A stretch of DNA of 21,191 nucleotides from positions 1 through 21,191 of the forward strand of contig NW_021823670.1 in NCBI RefSeq assembly GCF_006345805.1, given 5' to 3'. Below, one piece after another: positions 10,654 to 19,504 of the stretch. How positions within the stretch are numbered: the stretch's first letter is position 1; every line of letters starts with the position of its first letter. This DNA is from Octopus sinensis (Eukaryota). Both the position numbers and the translations under genes were made by a program. The notes beneath the pieces were generated by a model, which had not been told where the DNA came from, searched no databases, and worked only from the letters and a program-made list of their open reading frames with translations.

Positions 10654-10848
10654 GATAACATCGGAAAAATACCTTAGGAATGAGAACCCAGGTTCGAAAA
10701 TCCCCCAGGACACTTGATGAAGGCTGGAGAGTACATCGGCCGAAAGGGTGTGTTAACAACAAACAAGATGCGGACAAATATCTGTCAAATGTAAATAATG
10801 TAAATAATGTAAATAATGTACGTAATTCCTCATCTCTCAAATATAGAA
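10654..10848 (+). mobile_element. Hammerhead-bearing module, copy B
   Basis: Duplicate of 9254-9427, with a 9-mer (AATGTAAAT) expanded to three copies. Confidence 0.7.
10709..10754 (+). ncRNA. Degenerate hammerhead motif, probably inactive
   Basis: Same core TTGATGA and stem II (GGCTG/CGGCC), but GAAACGTT has become GAAAGGGT, removing the stem III palindrome and the NUH cleavage triplet. Confidence 0.55.
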
Positions 10849-10879
10849 GTGTATATACATACATACATACATACATATA

Positions 10880-10966
<87 letters not shown>

Positions 10967-11279
10967 TCTGAATATCTCAAATGCGTAAATATTCTTTTGG
11001 TTTTCCTTCTAATTCTTCAGAATATCTATATTTAAATCACTGACTCTTTCATTGGATTTCGTTGATGTACTTTAATATTTTCGTTTTTCGGTTCAACTCT
11101 TTCATGTCATCCGCTCACACACTCATCCGCTCTTTCGTTTAATCATTCGTAGCTTATTCTCTGGTTATTTACACTCATTCAATATAATAACAAGATGGCA
11201 AGGGGTACACACATGCGCACACACACACTCACTCACTTACAAAATAGTAATAATAATGATAATAATATCAACAATAATA

Positions 11280-11667
11280 TCTATATAAATAAAGCTGAAG
11301 TTGTCTGTGTATAGCAGGTTTGGTAGCCTTCAACTAACACAATCTCCTCCGAGACCCTGCGGTGCAAGTTGACGAAAATTGAGAGTATGATAGAAGAAGG
11401 CTTGCTCTTCCTTCGTAGAAGAAAATATTCAAATCGCGCCATGTTAACAGCAAAAATCATTTACATCAAAAAAATGATTTTTTCTATGAAAATCCCTATT
11501 TTTTACGATTTTTGACTGCTGTGTCAACAATTTTCGGTGTATTTCAACCAGAAAAATGTTCACTTAATGAGAATAACAAGCTACATAATGCAGAATTTTT
11601 ACTTTTCAAAAATTCCAATTCTAAAGGGTGGAAAAAAACCCCGAGCAATGCCGGGCGATACTGCTGC
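11280..11667 (+). mobile_element. Non-autonomous Helitron, copy B
   Basis: Duplicate of 9794-10179. 5' TC, hairpin CCCG..CGGG at 11640-11655, and a 3' end decayed into (CTG)n(CTA)n. Confidence 0.7.
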
Positions 11668-11691
11668 TGCTACTACCACTACTACTACTAC

Positions 11692-11734
<43 letters not shown>

Positions 11735-11739
<5 letters not shown>

Positions 11740-12352
11740 CTGGTGGGAACACAAACACCCCCAGTGCTTGAAAATGACCACATCTCACTCCTCTGGAACT
11801 TCACCATTCAAACTGATAGATGCAAATAGGCCAGACATCATATTGAAAGACTTCAAACAAAGAACATGCCTACTCATTGATATGACTGTCCCAATCGATA
11901 TAAACGTATCTGTCAAGACCTACCAAAAACTGAGCAAATATAAAGATCTTGAAATAGAAATCAGCAAAATGTGGAAGCTGAAGACTAAAACAATACCTGT
12001 TGTCATAGGTGCCCTGGGAATGATAGCAAAAGGGGCTGATAGCTACCTAACTCAGATACCAGGAAACCCAAAAATGGCAGAAGTTCAAAAGATAGTGCTC
12101 ATGGGAACTGCTCATATCCTACGCAAAATACTCTCTATGTAATCTCAAGTTTAAAACAAACCTAATTTTCGGTTTAAAAAAAAAAAAAAAAACCTTTTTT
12201 TTTTTAGACATTCATTAGTACCACATCCCCACCCCCCAAATATATGGCACACTAGGCATAACAACAACATGAACTTCCAACCCTGTTGTCTCTTGAGGTC
12301 TCTGGGTGAGACTTGGAGCCAACTTGTACAAATATAAGCAAAAGTCAACATA

Positions 12353-12353
<1 letters not shown>
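11735..12353 (+). mobile_element. 5'-truncated R4/Dong-type element, copy 3 (more distant family)
   Basis: Reads KNWWEHK, then PVLENDHISLLWNFTIQTD in a shifted frame, then ANRPDIILKD..CLLIDMTVP..KLSKYKDLEIEI..VVIGALG..HILRKILSM* (stop at 12142). 3' UTR to ~12353, with (AAT)n on both sides (11693-11734 and 12354 to ~12500). Confidence 0.93.
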
Positions 12354-12393
<40 letters not shown>

Positions 12394-12410
12394 TAATAAT
12401 AATAATAATG

Positions 12411-12456
<46 letters not shown>

Positions 12457-12459
12457 TAA

Positions 12460-12499
<40 letters not shown>

Positions 12500-12511
12500 C
12501 ATAATCATGAT

Positions 12512-12689
12512 AATTTTCGTGGAGGACGTAAGTCGATTACATCGACCCGAGTGGTACTTATTTCATCGACAGCGAAAAGATGAAATGCAAAATCGATCCC
12601 GGTGGAGTTTGAACTCAGAGCATAATGATGCACGAAATGTTCCTAAGGATTTCAACCGGTGCGCTAACGATTTTGCTAGCTCGCAACCT
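12512..12689 (-). mobile_element. Diverged tRNA-derived SINE, duplicate of 10299-10484
   Basis: Near-collinear with 10299-10484, apart from a short deletion near 12548. Confidence 0.8.
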
Positions 12690-12690
12690 G

Positions 12691-12706
12691 AATAATAATA
12701 ATAATG

Positions 12707-12752
<46 letters not shown>

Positions 12753-12816
12753 CAACAACAACAACAACAATAACAACAACAACAACAATAACAACAACAA
12801 CAACAACAACACCAAC

Positions 12817-12852
<36 letters not shown>

Positions 12853-12875
12853 TATAATAATAATAATAATGATGA

Positions 12876-12955
<80 letters not shown>
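12691..12955. repeat. (AAT)n with an embedded (AAC)n block
   Basis: Directly visible. Confidence 0.95.
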
Positions 12956-12957
<2 letters not shown>

Positions 12958-13913
12958 ACGAACGGAATAACCAAAGTATTAAATACTACAGAATAACATT
13001 AATAACGGTTGAGTGTTCCGAATAACGTCAGGAAATGTAAATAGGAGGACAGGAAAACTTTGGCGGTCGGTTCCATTAAATCAAGCACTGAATATTAGTT
13101 ATAAAGAGAGCAAGAAATCCACAATCTATAAAAACAAACAATCAACATCCAGATATAGAAATAATAAAATTCGCACGAGGCATTTTTCTCCCCTTAAGGG
13201 TCATTGTTTTTGGCCTAATGGTCAACTTCATAACAATTTAGCCTCAGGCCATTTCCTGTTTGGGAAGCGACAGTTCTTCTCCCCAAGGAACCTTACGCTT
13301 CTGCTGTCTGTCCAACGACGCTAACTGCCCTGGAAAACGTCTTGTAAAGAACATTCCAGAGGCTGAACGGACAAAGAAGGTGCATTTTGGCATTACTTGG
13401 ACAGTAAATCTTCTGGTTCCGAAATATATGCCATTTATTTTGAGAGGTGGGCGTATCAAAATCCACACTGGACCAGAGCTGTAATGAAATAACGGAAGTT
13501 GTCATTGCAATGTCAGTCTATGTCCGCTTTTCTCACTAATTTAAAGGGATTAAATGCCAAGTCCTTCGGTGTCCAAAATTTGACTCTAACCAGTTCAAGA
13601 CCGACCAACCAAACTAATATCCAACTAACCCCGACCAACCCCACACATAAGTGCCACACTCTCATTCTGTTTCATCATATTAGTGACACCAAACAATATG
13701 AAACAACAGATGACTCTAAGACTTCATTTTCCCGCTTTCATTCAAATATTTGTTCCTTTCTTTCGCAAATTTCGTGCCTACATTCATTTTCTTTTTCTTT
13801 TAGTATTTCTTTCAGGCTTTCTACTCACTTATTCCCTCTCACTCATTCAGTCTTTCACTCCTTTTATTTCTCACATTCAACCACTCTCTATCGAACTGCC
13901 TGTCTTACTCTTT

Positions 13914-14080
13914 AACTATCGCTTTATCTGTCTATCAATCTGCATTTCTATCTAACTTTCTATGTACATTTTTTTCTACCTATATTTCTTTCTCTATCTA
14001 TCTATCTATCTATCTATCAATCTATCTATCTATCTGTCTGTCTGTCTATCTATCTATCTATATATCTATCTATCTGTCTG

Positions 14081-14111
<31 letters not shown>

Positions 14112-14129
14112 GTCTGTCTATCTATTTAC

Positions 14130-14193
<64 letters not shown>

Positions 14194-14380
14194 TTATCCA
14201 TTAATATATCTGTCTAATTCGGCCTCAGTATGTGTGTATGTGTGTGTGTGCATATATGTATATATTATATATTTATCTACCTCTAAATCGAGTTATTCAT
14301 CTAGCTATTTATCTACCCGTCTGTCCAGCTATCTTTTTCTATTTAGATAACTATTTAGCCATCTATCTATCGACTCTACC

Positions 14381-14423
<43 letters not shown>

Positions 14424-14814
14424 TTTATTTATTTTATTCCCCCTTTTTTGTCCTCTTTCTTTCCCTTTACGATCCCTTTTGATCTAAAACCAAACCCCCT
14501 TTTTTTACCCCCAAAAGAAAAGCTCTACCTTGTAATTTGTCCTGTCTGTGTGCAGCCCTGTGTGGCTAATAAAGAAACATATCTATATATCTATCGATCT
14601 AGCTGTTTATTTATCTATCAATCTATCTACCTACATATCTATCATTCGATCTTCCTACATATCTATCTATCTATCTATCTATCTATCTAACTATCTATCT
14701 ATCTATCTATCTATCTATCTGTCTGTCTATACCTATCTCTAACTATTGCTTTATCTGTCTATCAGTCTGTATTTCTATCTAACTTTCTATGTAAATTCCT
14801 TTCTATCTATTTTT

Positions 14815-14855
<41 letters not shown>

Positions 14856-14923
14856 ATATATATATATATATTATATATATATATATATAATATATATAAT
14901 ATATATATATATCTACCTGTCTG

Positions 14924-14970
<47 letters not shown>

Positions 14971-15248
14971 GTCTATACCTATCTCTAACTATTGCTTTAT
15001 CTGTCTATCAGTCTGTATTTCTATCTAACTTTCTATGTAAATTCCTTTCTATCTATTTTTCTATCTATCTATCTTCTATACTATATATATATATTATAAT
15101 CTACCTGTCTGTCTATCTATCGATCTATCTTCTATCTAGCTATCTGTCTATACCTATCCTAACTATTGCTTTATCTGTCTATCAGTCTGTATTCTATCTA
15201 ACTTTCTATGTAAATTCTTCTATCTATTTTTCTATCTATCTATCTATC

Positions 15249-15288
<40 letters not shown>

Positions 15289-15297
15289 ACCTGTCTG

Positions 15298-15378
<81 letters not shown>

Positions 15379-15470
15379 TTATTTATCTGTATTATTCTCT
15401 AATTATCGCTTTATTTGTTCATCAATCTGTATTTCTATCCAACTTTCTATGTAAATTTCTTTCTATCTAT
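13914..15470. repeat. (TCTA)n-rich region containing five copies of a ~65-bp core
   Basis: The core AACTATTGCTTTATCTGTCTATCAGTCTGTATTTCTATCTAACTTTCTATGTAAATT starts at about 13914, 14741, 14987, 15161 and 15401, separated by variable (TCTA)n/(TA)n. Confidence 0.88.
14461..14577 (+). mobile_element. 3' end of an unidentified retroelement, copy 1
   Basis: CCCTTTACGATCCCTTTTGAT..CCCCAAAAGAAAAGCTCTACCTTGTAATTTGTCCTGTCTGTGTGCAGCCCTGTGTGGCTAATAAAGAAA recurs inverted at 17147-17305. The end resembles the tail of the 18099 SINE units. Confidence 0.55.
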
Positions 15471-15760
15471 TTATCACTCTTTCCATCTATAACATTATCC
15501 ACTCACTTATCTACCTTTCTCTCTATTTATTTATTCTAGCCATCCAAATGCCTACCTATATTTCTATCTTCATATAGTGAGGTTGATAGATATTTATTGA
15601 TATTTTTATACAAACACACGCTCAAATACTCGCGCGTGCGCGTTGCGATTCGTGTTTCCCCGCCTCTCCTTATTTTATTGTATTTTGGTGATTTATCTTC
15701 GCATAGTCTCGTATTTCATTTTACAACTTTTATTACCGACTTTACCACCCCCGCTACTAT

Positions 15761-16224
15761 CACCATAACCACCACCACCACCACCACCACCACCACCACC
15801 ACCACCACCACCACCACCACCATCGTCACCACCACCACCACCACCACCACCACCACCACCACCACACCACCACCTCCACCACCACCACCACCACCACCAC
15901 CACCACCATCACCACACCACCACCACCACCACCACCACCACCACCACCACCACCACCACCACCACCACCACCACCACCACCACCACCACCAGCAGCATCA
16001 TCATAATCATCATCGTCATCATCATCATCGTCGTCGTCGTCACCATAACCATAACCCTGCCACCATCATCACCACTGCCACCACACTATCATTGCTATTC
16101 GCTATGCATCATGATCGCCATCATCATTATCGTCCTCGTCGTCGTTGTCGTCATTATCATCATCATCGTCATCATCTTCACCATAACCATCCTCATCCCC
16201 ACCACCATCACCACAAAATTACCG

Positions 16225-16262
<38 letters not shown>

Positions 16263-16342
16263 TTCATCATCATTATTATCAACATCACCGTCATCATCAT
16301 CATCACCACCGTCATCATCATCATCGCCATCATCATTATAGC

Positions 16343-16373
<31 letters not shown>

Positions 16374-16458
16374 TCATCTTCATCATCATTATTATCAACA
16401 TCACCGTCATCATCATCATCACCACCGTCATCATCATCATCGCCATCATCATTATAGC

Positions 16459-16493
<35 letters not shown>

Positions 16494-16548
16494 CCGTCAT
16501 CATCATCATCATCGCCATCACCATCATCATCGCAATCGTCATTATCGC

Positions 16549-16622
<74 letters not shown>

Positions 16623-16680
16623 CCGTCATCATCATCATCATTGCCATCACCATCATCATTGCCATCATCATCATCATCAT
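15761..16680. repeat. ~0.9-kb trinucleotide tract: (ACC)n grading into (ATC)n with higher-order duplications
   Basis: Directly visible. It produces the poly-T/P/H/I/S and poly-M ORFs in the track. Confidence 0.95.
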
Positions 16681-16787
16681 AGAAACCATACCATTAAGAC
16701 AAATGTATAGATTAACAGCGAAATGGAAAATCCACTAAATCTCCAGACAGAATACCTTACAGTGTCAAATTACGGCCCTGCACGTTC

Positions 16788-16860
16788 AGTTTCGAATCCC
16801 TCCAAAGTCAACATCATCTTTTAACTTATCAATATTCCGAGGTCATTAAAATATAACACC
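16788..16860 (+). mobile_element. Very old SINE fragment
   Basis: Weak similarity (GTTTCGAATCCC..AGTCAAC..GAGGTC.TTAAAAT) to the B box and body of the 18099 family. Confidence 0.3.
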
Positions 16861-17146
16861 AATTATTGCACTAGCTTTCTTATAAACGACTGTAACCATA
16901 TCGAAAACCTGAGACCTGGTATCTATATTAGATTTCAATATGGTAAATGTTTAGAGTAAAGAAGGATGAGAACGGATTAGTCCTTGGATTTTGATTCAAT
17001 GTTATCCCTTTTCGCTGAAAACTGCTGACGAGTCCGTCTCACAATTCCTCTTCAATCCATGGATCAATCCATGTATCAATCTATGTATCTCTCCATCGAT
17101 CTATCTGTCTATTGTTTATCTCTCTATCTCACTGTCCGTCTATAAG

Positions 17147-17305
17147 TTTCTTTATTGGCCACACAGGGCTGCACACAGATGGGACAAGTTACGAGGTAGA
17201 GCTTTTCTTTTGGGGGATGAAAAAAAAACAAAAAACAAAAAACAAAAGAAGAAAAAAAAAAGGTGGCGTAGGTTTTCAATCAAAAGGGATCGTAAAAGGG
17301 GAAAA
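17147..17305 (-). mobile_element. 3' end of an unidentified retroelement, copy 2 (inverted relative to 14461-14577)
   Basis: The reverse complement matches 14461-14577, with a longer T-rich spacer. Confidence 0.55.
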
Positions 17306-17394
17306 AAAGGAAAAGGAACAAAAGAAAAGAGAAATGAAAAAAAAAAACTGTCCGTCTATAGATACATACATGTGTGTGTCTGTGTGTATGTATG

Positions 17395-17886
17395 TCATAG
17401 TTCAGATTTATTTCAAGATTTCCTGCCAATAGAGAAAGAGCCGGTTTCTAACCTAGATCCAAGGTTCCTTCATTGGAATCTCAACGTCAACAACAAGGCA
17501 TTATTTTGAATGTATGTATGTATGTATGTATGTATGTATGTATGAATGTATGTATATGAGCAGATTCGTATGTTTTGTTTTATGTATGTATTCTCACGCA
17601 TATAGTTTCATATCTAGACATGCTCATATATATTTAAATGATAAACTTCTGGAAAGTTTTACAAATTTTTACAGTTCCAGTGATAGATTGGATCTGTGGT
17701 CCACAAATTAGCTTTCTCCTATCTGGTTTTGAGAAGACTAATTTCTCAAGATTGGGCCCCAATAGTTACAAATGTTAACCTGGATAGAGTAAATCATAGT
17801 TACAGATGTAAATCTGGATAGGGTAACTGCAGTTTTCTCAGTATTTCAGCGTAGCTATTTTCCTTTTCACTGATTTTCAGCTTTAC
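17395..17886 (-). mobile_element. 5'-truncated RLE-type non-LTR retrotransposon of a second family, bounded by (CATA)n
   Basis: 17886 to 17634 translates VKLKISEKENSYAEILRKLQLPYPD ... IGA ... LEKLVFSKPDRRKLICGPQIQSITGTVKICKTFQKFII*, a K..Y..L / IGA / terminal-helix RLE C-terminus with a ~33-bp internal duplication. (TATG)n lies at 17887-17925, 17510-17556 and 17386-17394. Assigning 17395-17510 to the 3' UTR is an inference. Confidence 0.68.
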
Positions 17887-18007
17887 GTATGTATGTATGT
17901 ATGTATGTATACATGCATGTATGTCAAGAAAAATTTTTATTAATCTAAACAAGTGGAGCAATAGAAGAAATGAAGCTGATAATTCACTAACAATATATTA
18001 AAATTGA

Positions 18008-18095
18008 AGTTGCATACTGGGGTGGATCTAAACAACTGCGCCCACTCCTCTCTAAAAATTTCGGACCTTGTACCTAGAGTAGAAAAGAATAATAA
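18008..18095 (+). mobile_element. Older 3' fragment of the same SINE family (tail type B)
   Basis: GTTGCATACTGGGGTGGATC..AAAATTTCGGACCTTGTACCTAGAGTAGAAAAGAAT matches the end of the array at 18615-18691. Confidence 0.6.
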
Positions 18096-18098
18096 CTA

Positions 18099-18691
18099 AG
18101 GTGGCAAGCTGGCAGAATCGTTAGCACGCTGGGCGAAATGCGTAGTCGTGTTTCGTCTGTCTTTGCATTCTAAGTTCAAATTCCGCCGAGGTCGACTTTG
18201 CCTTTCATCCTTTCGGGGTCGATTAAATAAGTACCAGTTACGCACTGGGGTCGATATAATCGACTTAATCCATTTGTCTGTCCTTGTCTGTCCTTGCTTG
18301 TCTCCTCTGTGTTTAGCCCCTTGTGGGTAGTAAGGCAATAGGTATTTCGTCTGTCTTTGCATTCTAAGTTCAAATTCCGCCGAGGTCGATTTTGCCTTTC
18401 ATCCTTTCGGGGTCGATTAAATAAGTACCAGTTACGCACTAGGGTCGATATAATCGACTTAATCCATTTGTCTGTCCTTGTTTGTCCCCTCTGTGTTTAG
18501 CCCCTTGTGGGTAGTAAAGCAATAGGTATTTCGTCTGTCTTTGCATTCTAAGTTTAAATTCCGCCGAGGTCGACTTTGCCTTTCATCCTTTCGGGGTCGA
18601 TAAATTAAATACCTATTGCGTACTGGGGTCGATCGAATCGACTGGTCCCCTTTCCAAAATTTCGGGCCTTCTGCCTAGAACAGAAAAGAAT
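18099..18691 (+). mobile_element. tRNA-derived SINE trimer: one head followed by three tandem bodies
   Basis: Head AGGTGGCAAGCTGGCAGAATCGTTAGC occurs once. The body TTTCGTCTGTCTTTGCATTCTAAGTTCAAATTCCGCCGAGGTCGAC.. starts at 18151, 18345 and 18529 (periods 194 and 184). The central GTCGACTTTGCCTTTCATCCTTTCGGGGTCGAT..AGTACCAG resembles the Meta/MESC SINE domain (recalled). Confidence 0.9.
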
Positions 18692-18773
18692 GTGTTAAAA
18701 GTGATTACAATTTAATTATATTTCAATATATAGGAATACACTTTGCCAGATTCACACTAGATTTTCGAAAGAA

Positions 18774-19077
18774 CTAGCAGTATCGCCCGGCGTTGCTCGG
18801 GTTTGTAAGGGAAATAACTATATAAGCATTTTTGGAGAGTTACTTCCCTTATATAATAGCGAAAAAAATGCATTAAAAATGGGAAAAAATTATGGTAATT
18901 TTTTTTTTTAATCGTAGACTCATCGTAGACGCGCGCTAATACTCAGAAGGGTTCGATATGAATCACGACTATAAGATACCCGCTTTTGGTTAAACTGCAC
19001 CGCAAAATGTGGGAGTAGTTAGGAATCTAAATCGTAGGAGACAGAGACTCACACAACTTCAATTTTATATATAAAGA
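18774..19077 (-). mobile_element. Intact non-autonomous Helitron (304 bp)
   Basis: On the minus strand it begins TC (19077-19076) after host A and ends CTAG (18777-18774) before host T. Subterminal hairpin CCCGAGCAACGCCGGG; no target-site duplication. Confidence 0.85.
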
Positions 19078-19504
19078 TATATTATATGGAGCTGTGTCAC
19101 GGCCGTTGTTATAAAAATAGCTTATTTTTAAAGTAGAATTATGATTCTGAAACCAATCCGTTAACGTACAAGTTGATTGGTTAACTTTCGTGTCTTAAGC
19201 TCATGTGAAAGTCGTGCGACAAAAACACGTAAAAACTTTTCTCCATTGAATATACCATGTGAGAGTTAGAAAAGCGAGATATAAATATGTGCTATATTAA
19301 TTGTTTACATAAAAGTGTAATAGATGATTATTGTTTATTTTTCTGTCGAATAATGATGCTGTCAATAACTGCTAGTTGCCTACCATTGAATTTGTTAAGC
19401 TATATCCATTCTTCGTTAACAAGGTGTGGAATAAGAAAGATAACGAAGTATGGAGTAAATAAAATGGATCATAGGTGTTACGTACATTTAGGTTTCTTAT
19501 TTTT

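Larger units (their letters stand above)
9254..12955. repeat. Local tandem duplication: unit A 9254-10653; unit B 10654 to ~12955, enlarged by a Dong insertion
   Basis: Both units have the same order: hammerhead module, CA/TA repeat, ~250 bp unique sequence, Helitron, (ACT)(AAT)n, minus-strand SINE, (AAT)n. Non-repeat parts are highly similar with scattered substitutions, and the offset at the start is exactly 1400 bp. Confidence 0.93.

Noticed and set aside
15597-16689. 286-aa Thr/Pro/His/Ile-rich ORF and the antisense poly-Met ORF
   Set aside because: Trinucleotide repeat read-through. The frame slips at single-base indels, and there are no splice or domain signals.
16991-17509. Lys-rich ORFs resembling nuclear localisation signals
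   Set aside because: A-rich antisense of a T-rich retroelement 3' UTR.
18099-18691. CRISPR-like or satellite interpretation of the regular ~190-bp repeats
   Set aside because: Eukaryotic context, no unique spacers, and the units are SINE bodies also present as dispersed monomers.
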